Source: Thermoguttaceae bacterium (lineage in GTDB: Bacteria; Planctomycetota; Planctomycetia; Pirellulales; Thermoguttaceae). Taken from it: a DNA stretch of 34,105 bases. The notes beneath the pieces are model-generated. The model made no database searches. It saw nothing but the letters and a program-made list of their open reading frames with translations, and was not told where the DNA came from. The stretch lies in the NCBI GenBank assembly GCA_017466305.1, contig JAFTUJ010000520.1, positions 1 to 34,105 on the forward strand. The letters are read 5' to 3'. Shown piece after piece: positions 9,323 through 21,399 of this stretch. Numbering within the stretch: position 1 is the first letter of the stretch; each line of letters begins with the position of its first letter. The translations under genes and the position numbers were made by a program.

Positions 9323-10336
9323 TCAGTCGATATCGGTTTCGCCGCCGTCGGACGTCGAGAGCGCGCGCCAAGTTTGCAGGTTGATCGTGTCGCTGAAGTA
9401 ACGAACGGAACCGTCGCACATCGAGGCGTTGACGCCGCCGGAGTGGTGGGATTTCGCCGGATAGGTCGCGCTCTTCCAACGACCGTAACCGTGGCAGTAG
9501 AACGGCGGGTTGAAGTCTTCCGGCGTCCAAGCGGCGCGCCCGTAGTCGGTCGACGCGGTCGTGTTCGGGCCGTTCCAAGTGGTGAAACCGCAACCGGCGG
9601 AGAAGATAACGCAACCGTAGTTCCCTTTGTAACCGCTGGTGTTCGGGTTGATCACCGCTTCGTAGAGGCAAAGGGTGTTCGAGGTGCCGTCGGTCATCGC
9701 GGCCATTTTGACGGCTTTGTTGTGGGTGAACGGCGCTTTGTGCGCTTTGTACGATTCGCGACCGTCCCAGTTGACGACTTCTTCGTTCCCGAAGTTCGAG
9801 TTGCCGAAGTTCGCGACGTAGCAGGAACGACGGTGGCACCAACCTTCGGCGTTCGATTCGCCGATCGCTTCCGGTTCGCTCGGGCATTGGTGCGCCGGAA
9901 TCAACGCGGTGCGGTATTCGTAGTGGCCCGGGTTGTCGTTTTTCGACTGACCGTTCAGTTTGGTCGTGTCGGTGTTGTTATTGTAGCCTTTGCCGGTGCC
10001 GGTGAAGGCGAGACCGCTGTAAAGCGCGGTTTGTTCGATGAACGGAAGCGTGCGCCCGTGCCAAGAGACGCGGTCGGGGTCGCCGTCGTTGCTACCCGGG
10101 TTGCCAAGGAGCATCCCCATCGGGAACGCGTCTTGGTTTTGATCGGCGTAGGTTTGGCAAGCCAACGCCAATTGTTTCAGGTTGTTCGTGCATTGCATAC
10201 GACGGGCCGCTTCGCGCGCCGCTTGAACGGCCGGCAGAAGCAAGCCGATCAAAATCCCGATAATCGCGATGACGACCAACAATTCGACGAGCGTAAAACC
10301 GTTTTTACGTCCCGTTCCCATAATGTTCGCGCTCAT
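9323..10336 (-). CDS. DUF1559 protein with a prepilin-type N-terminal cleavage/methylation domain and the H-X9-DG motif
   Basis: The N-terminus reads GFTLVELLVVIAIIGILIGLLLPAVQAAREAARRMQCTNNLKQLALA. The C-terminus carries HSGGVNASMCDG (H-X9-DG). This is a classic PVC-superphylum family. Confidence 0.9.
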   Translation of the reverse strand: MSANIMGTGRKNGFTLVELLVVIAIIGILIGLLLPAVQAAREAARRMQCTNNLKQLALACQTYADQNQDAFPMGMLLGNPGSNDGDPDRVSWHGRTLPFIEQTALYSGLAFTGTGKGYNNNTDTTKLNGQSKNDNPGHYEYRTALIPAHQCPSEPEAIGESNAEGWCHRRSCYVANFGNSNFGNEEVVNWDGRESYKAHKAPFTHNKAVKMAAMTDGTSNTLCLYEAVINPNTSGYKGNYGCVIFSAGCGFTTWNGPNTTASTDYGRAAWTPEDFNPPFYCHGYGRWKSATYPAKSHHSGGVNASMCDGSVRYFSDTINLQTWRALSTSDGGETDID

Positions 10337-10685
10337 TTCTGAACCTCAACCTCAAATAGGTAATAAAATAAGAAAATTGTCCATATCGTTTGCGCGTCGG
10401 CGACGCGCTTTTTTGCGACGGCAAGAAAAGAGGAAAACGAAAACCGACCCTAACGCCGATTTCCATTTCCAACTTTGTCAACCGTTAATATATCGTCAAA
10501 TTCAAAATAACGCAAGAGCCCCCGCCGCTTAATTTTGAGCGCAACGGAAAAAAACGTCGAAAAAAGCGCCCGCGCGACCGGCGCTCTCCTTCGACGTTTC
10601 CTCAACTCCCTATTTTAACGCGACTTAAAAGCAACCAGATCGGTCGACAATAAATCGCGTTTCGTCGTTTTCGCCGTCTTAAACG

Positions 10686-12053
10686 TCAAAGCGTCCAACC
10701 GTTTTGGTAGTTGGCGGCGATCATCGCGTTCGCTTCCGGGTTGTTCGGAATCGTGTTCGTCGCGGCGTCGTATTCGACCGGCTTGCGGCTGCGAATCGCG
10801 AGCGTTCCGAGCAAAACGAACTCGAGAACCGGGGCCGCGTCGACAAAGTTCGAGCCGGCTTTTTCGCCCCCTTTGCAAGCGGTCAACCATTCGGCGAAAA
10901 CGTCGCCGCGTCTCGGGAGCCGCTTCGGAACGTCCGCGAACTTCTTCGCTCGCTCCAGATTCAAGATTTGGTCGTCGAACATGACGCCTTCGTCGCCGAC
11001 GTAAAGGACGCCTTCGGTCGGGAGCGAGTCGCCGTTCCAATCGCGCGGCATGGGGGGGCGGATTCCGCCGTCGCTCCAAACGAGCCGAACCGGCGGTCGA
11101 CCGTCGCGTTCCGGGAAGTCGTAAGTAACGACGCTCGCCAACGGGAACGAAACGTCGTAAAATTTCGACGTCGACGCGACGACGCGACTCGGCGTCCCGA
11201 GTTTGAGCGCCCGGTAAGGAATGTTCGCCCAATGGCAGCCCATATCGCCGAGCGCGCCGGTTCCGAACGCCGTCCAACCGCGGAAGTTGAACGGATGGAA
11301 AACCGCTTGACCGCCCCAATTTTCCGGACTCATTTTCGGGATCGGCGACGACTCCGGCCAACGGTCGGCGAACGGGATTTTCGGCGCCGGGCCGAGCCAA
11401 GCGTCCCAATCGAAACCGTCCGGAATCGGGCTCGTAAAGTCCGGATAAGACGGCGCGCCCTGCGGCCAAACCGGGCGAAGGCTCCAGCAGTAAACTTCCC
11501 TAACTTGCCCGATCGCCCCCGCTTCCAACAACTCGACGACGCGACAGCCGGTTTCGCCGGTCGCCGGACTCGTCGTGATTTGCGTCGCGACGCCCGCTTT
11601 TTTCGCCGCTTCGACGACGACGCGCCCCTCTTCGAGCGTTCGCGTCAACGGTTTGACGCAGCAAAGGTGCTTCCCGGCTCGGAGCGCGGCGAGCGAAACG
11701 ATCGCGTGCGTGTGGTCGGGCGTCCCGCAGTAAACCGCGTCGATTTTGTCCCCCTCGGCGTCGAGCGCTTCGCGGAAGTCTTTGTATTTTCGGGCTTGCG
11801 GAAAGACTTTAAACGTCTTCTCGGCGTGCGCCCAGTCGATATCGCAAAGCGCTTCGACTTGGAAGCCGACCCGCGCCGCGTCTTGAGTTTGCGGACAGCC
11901 GATTCCGCCGACGCCGATTCCGAGAAGCGTCGGTTTATCGCTCGGGGCCGTTTCGCCGCGTCCGAGAACGGAGCGCGGAACGATCGTCGGCGCGAGCGCG
12001 ACCGCCCCAAACGTCGCGGCGGCGCCTAAAAAATTTCGTCGCGAAAGTTTCAT
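10686..12053 (-). CDS. Gfo/Idh/MocA-family oxidoreductase with a Tat signal
   Basis: The 455-aa ORF begins MKLSRRNFLGAAATFGAVALAP. It has the Rossmann motif GIGVGGIG and the block DAVYCGTPDHTHA...HLCCVKPL typical of the family. Confidence 0.85.
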   Translation of the reverse strand: MKLSRRNFLGAAATFGAVALAPTIVPRSVLGRGETAPSDKPTLLGIGVGGIGCPQTQDAARVGFQVEALCDIDWAHAEKTFKVFPQARKYKDFREALDAEGDKIDAVYCGTPDHTHAIVSLAALRAGKHLCCVKPLTRTLEEGRVVVEAAKKAGVATQITTSPATGETGCRVVELLEAGAIGQVREVYCWSLRPVWPQGAPSYPDFTSPIPDGFDWDAWLGPAPKIPFADRWPESSPIPKMSPENWGGQAVFHPFNFRGWTAFGTGALGDMGCHWANIPYRALKLGTPSRVVASTSKFYDVSFPLASVVTYDFPERDGRPPVRLVWSDGGIRPPMPRDWNGDSLPTEGVLYVGDEGVMFDDQILNLERAKKFADVPKRLPRRGDVFAEWLTACKGGEKAGSNFVDAAPVLEFVLLGTLAIRSRKPVEYDAATNTIPNNPEANAMIAANYQNGWTL

Positions 12054-12170
12054 TTTCTTCCCCTTATATTAATATTGACAAAAACGGAAAAAATAACGAA
12101 GAAAAAACTTCAAAGAACCAAACGCCGAACCGCCGCCCGACCGGACGCGTCGACGACCGATTAAACAAAA

Positions 12171-14888
12171 CTAACTTTCCAATTTTTCGCGCCGCCCGCC
12201 GACTTTTCGAACGACGAGCGCGCCCCAACCGAGAAGAACGCAAACGAGCGCGAGCGTTTCCGCGAGGTCGCGTCCGCCGAGAAGCGTTCCCTTCCCGAGC
12301 CGTTCGCAGTCGACCGGCAAAACTTCCGCCGCGACGACTTCCGTTCCGCCCCGAGCGCCGCGACTCCGAACCCGCCCCGCTTGGTCGATATGCGCCGAAA
12401 AACCGCCGTGCGTCGCGGCGACGACCGGCTTGCGATTCTCGACGGCGCGGAAAACTTGCGTCGCGAGGTGCCCGTCCGTCTGCGAACCGTTGCGAAACCA
12501 ACCGTCGTTCGAGAGGCAAACCAAAACGTCCGGCTCCGCGCCCGCCGCCGTCAGTTCGCGGACTTGCTCTTTGACGTAATGAGGAATCGAGCTTTCAAAG
12601 CAAATGTGCGGCGCGAAAAGGAGCGGCTCCGCTTGCGCGACTTGCCCAGTTTCGCTAATTTCGCCGCTTTGCGTCTCTCGGACGCGTCGAACGACCGGAA
12701 AAACGACCGGTCCGGCGCCGCGTTCGAGCGAAAAATCGGCGCAAACCGCCTTCAACGGGAACCAATCGGGGAGCAAGTCGGCGCCGGGAATGTATTCGCC
12801 GCAAATAACGAGCCGCCGCTTCCCGTAAAGCCGGAACGCCGCAAGGTTCGGGTCGTTCGGCGCGGTCGAGGCGGGCGTTTCCCAATCGACGTATTTTCCC
12901 CAACTCGCCCCACTTTCCCATTTTGCCGTTTTCGCCGATTCTCCTAATCCGCCCAATCCCCCCGTTTTTCCCGTTTTTCCCGCTTCGTTCGCCGGAACCG
13001 CCGCGTCAAAGTCGACGTATTTCCCCCCAAGCGCCGCGACGGTCGCCGAATCGAGACGCGGCGCGAAGACGGCGGCGTTAAAAACGGTCGTCTCGTCCCC
13101 GGCGTCGACGTCGACAAGAAGCGCGGTCGTCCCCAAAATCGCCGACGCGCCGAGCCGTTCCGTCAACCGGGCCGCGTCGCGCCGCGACCGGGAAAGCGCC
13201 CGCGACTTTTCGGCCCGCGCGATTCGCTCGACTTCCGCCGTCGCCGCGACCGCCGAATTTGCCGCGTTCCCCGCGTTTTCCCCGTTTGCCGAAACCGCCG
13301 AAACCGCTAAACTTGCCGCGTTTACCCCGTTTGCGCCGTTCTCCCCAATCGCCGCGTTTGCCCCGTTCGCCGGTTCCGCCGAATTTGCCGCGTTCCCCGC
13401 GTTTTCCCCGTTCGCCGGTTCCGCCGTCGTTTTCTCGTCCCAAAAGACGTCGAAGCAACTTTCCGGCCAAACGACGACGTCGAAACCGACCGAATCGCGC
13501 CCCGCCTCCGCCGCCAGCGACAGATAAGTTTCCGCAACTTGCGTATTTTGCCAATCCGGAACCGGGAAGCGATACGTCGTTCCGTCCTGCAAGAGCGCGA
13601 CCCGGCAAGGAACCGCGCCCGACTCGACCGCCGAACGCTCCGCCGCGTCGAAAAATTCGATTCGCCGAACGCCGAAACCAACGACGACGGCGAACATCGC
13701 GACCGCGCCAAACGCCGAAAACGCGACGCGCTTCCATTTCGCGCCGTCCAACTTTCGCCGGTTTACGCTGTTTGCCGAATCGCCGCCTTCCGCCGAAACC
13801 GCCCCGTTTGCTTCGTCCGCTTTATTTGCCTTGCTTGCGCAACTTCGCGAAACCGCCGCCGCGAACGCCGTCCCGAGGAGCGTTCCGACCGCGACGATCG
13901 CCGCGCCGACGCCGTATTCGCCGAACGGTTCGGCAATTTGGATAAATTGGGGAAAGTCGTAAACGGAATGCGAGAGCCCCGCGAACGAAAAACCGCCGAG
14001 CCCGCGGTTGCGCAACCATTCGACCGCCGTCCAAGCGATCGGCGCCGCCAACCAAAGCGGAAGCCCGAACCGTTTCGCCCCTCGCGCGCCTCTCCTTTTT
14101 TGCGTTTCTTGCGCAATTTCGCCAACTTTCGCTCTTTGCGTCGTTTGCGCGTCTCCCGCCGTTTTCGCGTTTTGCGTTGTTTGCGCGTTTCCCGCCGTTT
14201 TCGCGTTTTGCGTCGTTTGTCGCACTTTTAGCGTCAAAAGGGGCGCCGCTTTCCCGACGGTCGCGTTTTCGTCGTTTCGTTCCGCCGAAACCGCTTGCGC
14301 CGTTTGCGTTATCCGCGCCGACTCGCCGACTTTCCCAACTTCGCCGTTTCCCCCGTCTTCGCTTTTTTTCCTATTTCCCGCCGTCGAGTCGTTCCGCGTT
14401 CCCCTTTCCCCGGTCAACGCCCGGGTTATCGCGACAAAAAGCGGAAAATAAATCGCCAAATACGCCGACGCGGCCAACCAACCGAGCGTCGTCGCCGGAT
14501 GCGGGTAAGAAATCCAAACGACCGTCGCCGCCCAAAAGCAAAACGCCGCCGTCCAATATTGCCGGTATTCGCCGCCGAAAAAGACGCGTCCGAGAAAACG
14601 CGCAAAGCGCCGCGTTCGCCGAAACCGCCGTTTCTTCTCAGTCTCGCCATTTTTGCCGTTTTCGCTTTTTTCGCCATTTCCCGCAACTTTCGCAGCTCCC
14701 GCGTTTTTATCGCTCCGCTTAACGAAAGCGCAAAAATCGGGATTGAAAACGTTCGCGGCCCAAACGCTCGGAACAAGAAAAACCGCCAAACCAATCCAAG
14801 ACGGCGGAAAAGAAGCCCAATAAAGAAGAAACGACAAAGACGCGGCGGCGAACGGCGCTCGACGCCCAACGCAAAATTTCGACGACAT
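12171..14888 (-). CDS. lnt: Apolipoprotein N-acyltransferase (Lnt), greatly expanded by low-complexity insertions
   Basis: The CN-hydrolase motifs are intact: VVWPES (Glu), LYGKRRLV (Lys), HICFESS (Cys) and LSNDGWF. N-terminal TM segments are present (LSFLLYWASFPPSWIGLAVFLV). The ORF is one continuous 905 aa, against roughly 500-550 aa for typical Lnt. Confidence 0.75.
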   Translation of the reverse strand: MSSKFCVGRRAPFAAASLSFLLYWASFPPSWIGLAVFLVPSVWAANVFNPDFCAFVKRSDKNAGAAKVAGNGEKSENGKNGETEKKRRFRRTRRFARFLGRVFFGGEYRQYWTAAFCFWAATVVWISYPHPATTLGWLAASAYLAIYFPLFVAITRALTGERGTRNDSTAGNRKKSEDGGNGEVGKVGESARITQTAQAVSAERNDENATVGKAAPLLTLKVRQTTQNAKTAGNAQTTQNAKTAGDAQTTQRAKVGEIAQETQKRRGARGAKRFGLPLWLAAPIAWTAVEWLRNRGLGGFSFAGLSHSVYDFPQFIQIAEPFGEYGVGAAIVAVGTLLGTAFAAAVSRSCASKANKADEANGAVSAEGGDSANSVNRRKLDGAKWKRVAFSAFGAVAMFAVVVGFGVRRIEFFDAAERSAVESGAVPCRVALLQDGTTYRFPVPDWQNTQVAETYLSLAAEAGRDSVGFDVVVWPESCFDVFWDEKTTAEPANGENAGNAANSAEPANGANAAIGENGANGVNAASLAVSAVSANGENAGNAANSAVAATAEVERIARAEKSRALSRSRRDAARLTERLGASAILGTTALLVDVDAGDETTVFNAAVFAPRLDSATVAALGGKYVDFDAAVPANEAGKTGKTGGLGGLGESAKTAKWESGASWGKYVDWETPASTAPNDPNLAAFRLYGKRRLVICGEYIPGADLLPDWFPLKAVCADFSLERGAGPVVFPVVRRVRETQSGEISETGQVAQAEPLLFAPHICFESSIPHYVKEQVRELTAAGAEPDVLVCLSNDGWFRNGSQTDGHLATQVFRAVENRKPVVAATHGGFSAHIDQAGRVRSRGARGGTEVVAAEVLPVDCERLGKGTLLGGRDLAETLALVCVLLGWGALVVRKVGGRREKLES
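13250..13412. repeat. A 37-bp perfect direct repeat (13250-13286 and 13376-13412), spaced 126 bp apart inside lnt
   Basis: CCGCCGAATTTGCCGCGTTCCCCGCGTTTTCCCCGTT occurs twice. On the minus strand it encodes the repeated peptide NGENAGNAANSA within an N/G/A-rich insert. Confidence 0.9.
14134..14223. repeat. A 36-bp tandem repeat, about 2.5 copies, inside lnt
   Basis: The units are 14134-14169, 14170-14205 and a partial 14206-14223. They encode the 12-aa repeat QTTQNAKTAG(N/D)A. Confidence 0.9.
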
Positions 14889-15061
14889 TCAAATTTCCCC
14901 GAAAAGCAAGATTAACGGCGCCGGTTTCAAAAAATTCGACGCTTCGCTGCGCCGGGGCAACCGACCGCTTTCGCCGCCCCAACCCCGGCGCGCAACGCTT
15001 GGTAAAGCGGAGTCGGCGCAAAAACCGGCCCCGCTTCGCGTTAAAATCGGCAAAGTCAACG

Positions 15062-16873
15062 CTAATTCAACGCCGCGGCGACGTCGGCGACCGGGTCGTC
15101 GACAACGCGAACGCCAAATCGCTCGGCGAAAAGCGCGACCGTCTCCGGTTTCCAAGCGGCGGGCGCGGTCGGGCCGACGAAAACGCGTCGATACCCGAGC
15201 CCCAACGCCGCTAAAAACGCCGCCGTCGACGTTTCGTCGAAACAGCTAAAGAAGAACGCGACCGGCGAAACGTCGGGCTCGCGGTCGAGCTCGGCGCCCA
15301 ATTTTTCGGCGAATCGGAAAACGGCCGCCGCGTCGCAAACGCGTCCCAAGTCGAGCGTTTTCGGCGTTCCGAACGCGGTCGGCGGCGCCGGCTTGCGGTT
15401 GAAACGGCTCTTCGCGTCGCCGAACGAGACGACCGCCGATTCGGCCGGAATCGCGTCGAACAGGTTGGCGAAATAATCGCTCCCGCCGTCCGGCGCGTCC
15501 TCGCCGCCGACGACGAAAACGCGCTTCGTTCGGTCTTGTCGGAACGCTCGCGCCAACTTGTCGATCATTCCGTCGAGCCCGTCGCCGCCGAACCCGACCG
15601 CGATCTTTTCGGTCGCGCCCTTCCCTCGCGACTCGGCGAAACCGGGCGAGTCGACCGCCGCTCGAATCAGCTCCGCGAAATCGAGCTTGCCGGAAGCGTC
15701 GCGCTCCAACGCGGCGACGCCGTCCAACCGGGTCGCGCCGGCGGTAAAGATATAGTCGCGATACGATTCGTCCGGCGTTTCAAGGGGAGTCGACGCGGCG
15801 AGAATCGCGCCCGGAAACGCGCCGAATTCCCGACGTTGGTCGAGCCAAGAGCCGCCGTAATGCCCGGCTAAGCGCTTGAATTTTTTGAACGCCGGGAACG
15901 AGTGCGCCGCGATCGCCTCGCCGCGCGTCCAAACGTTCAAATCGCGAATTTCGGCCCGTTCGAGGAGTTCGAGTAAAACGTCGAAATCGTCGCCGCTAAA
16001 GAGGACGCACTTTCCGCCCGCCGCCGACGCGCGAACGACCGTCGGAACCGGCGTTCCGTATTCAAGGAACGTCCCGACTTCGACCAACTCCAACGCCGAC
16101 GCCGCCAAACGCCCGGTCTTCTCGACCGCTTCCGTCAACGCGTCGACGTCGGTCGGTTCCGGCGCCAACGCCGCGAGCGTCTCGACAACGCCGTCGACGA
16201 CCGCGCGCCGCGTCGTTCGCCAACGCTCGACTTCCGCTTCGATTCGCTCCGCTTCGGCGATCAACGCGGCCTTCGCTTCCTTTTCTTTAGCGTCGCGAGC
16301 TCGCGTTTCCTTCGCTCGAGCGCGAATCCCTTGCGCTTCAAATTCGCGTCTCGGAATCGTTCTTTCGCCCAAGTTCGTCGCCCGCGCGGTCAACGTCGCG
16401 ACGCCCTTCAAGCCGTCGGCGATCGTCTCTTGCAAGCCGAACGGAATCGCGCCGAGCCGTTCGAGACGCGCCGCCGCGTCGTATTCCTCGCCTTGCGTCG
16501 CCAATTCTTCGACCGTCGCGTCGTCGGGTTCGGGCGCGGCGCTTTCCTGTTCGCGAAATTGTTTTTCCAAATCTTCTTGATATTCAGGCTCTTTTTCATT
16601 CCCCAAATATCCGGCCAGTTGGAACACGAGGTCGGCTTTCAAAATCAGCCGCGTCAACTCGCGGGCGTCCGCGCTCGACGCTCGCGACGACGCCGCCAAC
16701 GCTTCGAGCAAAAACTCCTCGACCGGAACGCTGCGGTTCCCCCAAGCGAGCGCCTTCGCCGCCTCGGACGCGATATGTTTGCACCAAGCGAGCAACTGAT
16801 TCCGAAGACGGAGCGTTTTCGGGTCCTCGGCGCCGCGCGCTTCGGACGTTCGTTCGTTTCGATTTTCAAACAT
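15062..16873 (-). CDS. Hybrid-cluster-protein (Hcp/prismane)-fold protein lacking most Fe-S ligands
   Basis: The block FSGDDF..NVWTRGEAIAAHSFPAFKKFKRLAGHYGGSWLDQRREFGAFPGAILAASTP aligns by eye to the canonical ISGHDL..VYTHGEMLPA..YPxxKKYxHxxGNYGGxW..Q..EF..F.G.ILxTTNC. The track ORF starts at a TTG codon (17032). I prefer the ATG at 16873 (MFENRNERT...). Confidence 0.7.
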   Translation of the reverse strand: MFENRNERTSEARGAEDPKTLRLRNQLLAWCKHIASEAAKALAWGNRSVPVEEFLLEALAASSRASSADARELTRLILKADLVFQLAGYLGNEKEPEYQEDLEKQFREQESAAPEPDDATVEELATQGEEYDAAARLERLGAIPFGLQETIADGLKGVATLTARATNLGERTIPRREFEAQGIRARAKETRARDAKEKEAKAALIAEAERIEAEVERWRTTRRAVVDGVVETLAALAPEPTDVDALTEAVEKTGRLAASALELVEVGTFLEYGTPVPTVVRASAAGGKCVLFSGDDFDVLLELLERAEIRDLNVWTRGEAIAAHSFPAFKKFKRLAGHYGGSWLDQRREFGAFPGAILAASTPLETPDESYRDYIFTAGATRLDGVAALERDASGKLDFAELIRAAVDSPGFAESRGKGATEKIAVGFGGDGLDGMIDKLARAFRQDRTKRVFVVGGEDAPDGGSDYFANLFDAIPAESAVVSFGDAKSRFNRKPAPPTAFGTPKTLDLGRVCDAAAVFRFAEKLGAELDREPDVSPVAFFFSCFDETSTAAFLAALGLGYRRVFVGPTAPAAWKPETVALFAERFGVRVVDDPVADVAAALN

Positions 16874-17405
16874 TTCGTTCACCGTTCTTTCTACGTTCCT
16901 AAAATAAGGGGAAGCCGGGAAGCGGAACGACGCCGTTTCCTCGTTCGCGTCCGCAAAGCGGGCCGAGTAAAACGCAAAGACGGTCGAACGAACGCGCCGC
17001 CCGTCGCGACCGCTTCGCCCTACCGTCCTCAAAATCGTTCGACGCGCCGACGCTTGACGACGCGCTCCCCAAAAAGCTAATTCACATCTTGCCTAAATTG
17101 ACGTCTCGAATATCTCGTTTCCTTTATTATAAGGCCTCCGACGCCAAAAAGCAACACGTTTTAAAAATTTCTCAAAATTTTCTTCGCAAAAAATTTTTTT
17201 CTCCGCGAAACGCTCCTTCGATTCGCCGCCCGTCGCCGGAGCGTTCCCCCCTTCCTTTTTCCCTCTTCGCTCGAATCGCCCGCGTCGCGTCGCCCCTCAA
17301 AATAAAGGAAAAAAGACGCTTTTTTACGCGCTCCCCTCGCGCAACTTAGCCAAACCTAACTTTTTTAACTTTCAACGTTTACCGTTTTGCCGCCCGTTAA
17401 ACTAG

Positions 17406-17423
17406 GCGCTTTGCGCAAAGCGC
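17406..17423. promoter_or_regulatory. An 18-bp perfect palindrome GCGCTTTGCGCAAAGCGC (candidate operator)
   Basis: It is a perfect inverted repeat about 65-80 bp upstream of the predicted PFOR -35 element. It lies in the 640-bp divergent intergenic region. Confidence 0.4.
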
Positions 17424-17487
17424 GCGGCTTGCGTCGGTTCCGCGTTCGCTCAAACGACGGAAATAAAAAAGTAACGCCGCCCCCCGC

Positions 17488-17516
17488 TTGCCAAAAGCCG
17501 AAACTGGAGGTAGAAT
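17488..17516 (+). promoter_or_regulatory. Sigma-70-like promoter for PFOR (TTGCCA-17-TAGAAT)
   Basis: TTGCCA lies at 17488-17493 and TAGAAT at 17511-17516, separated by a 17-nt spacer. This implies a leader of about 150 nt before the AGGAG RBS and the ATG at 17674. Promoter rules in this lineage are poorly known. Confidence 0.4.
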
Positions 17517-17673
17517 GAGGGCAAAAAATATAGGACGGGTACGCCCGCCCCGCGCGGCGTCGAATCGCGACGTTTTTGGACGACTTTTGCCTCTCGGCGA
17601 AACGACGCGACGCGCTTCCTTGCGACGCCCTACATTGAGGCGCCCCGAACGAATATTTTACTAGGAGACTTAA

Positions 17674-21204
<3,531 letters not shown>

Positions 21205-21290
21205 TAACGGTTTAAACGTTTTAAATCGCTAGCCGACGCAGAGAGCGCGAGTTGAAACGCCGATTCGTGCTCTCCGCGTCGCAAGAAATG

Positions 21291-21331
21291 AAAAACGACG
21301 GAAGAGGCGAACGCTTTTTCCGTCGTTTTTT
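21291..21331 (+). terminator. Rho-independent terminator of nifJ
   Basis: AAAAACGACGGAA (21291-21303) pairs with TTCCGTCGTTTTT (21318-21330) around a 14-nt loop. The downstream arm runs directly into a T-run. Confidence 0.75.
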
Positions 21332-21399
21332 ATTGTCTAAAATATTTTATCGCTTGAAAGACGCGCCCGTCGTCGTTTTCCTTTTCGGCGAAGTCGTTC

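Noticed and set aside
12171-14888. Whether the oversized lnt is a pseudogene or a fusion of several genes.
   Set aside because: The reading frame is uninterrupted over 905 codons. All three catalytic motifs occur in the canonical order, and TM segments flank the inserts. I therefore kept it as a single expanded gene and flagged it for verification.
16874-17032. The N-terminal 53-aa extension of the HCP-like ORF that starts at the TTG at 17032.
   Set aside because: The extension is Arg-rich (MRTVGRSGRDGRRVRS..) and looks like translated intergenic sequence. The ATG at 16873 gives a more plausible start. The extension adds no Cys motif either way.
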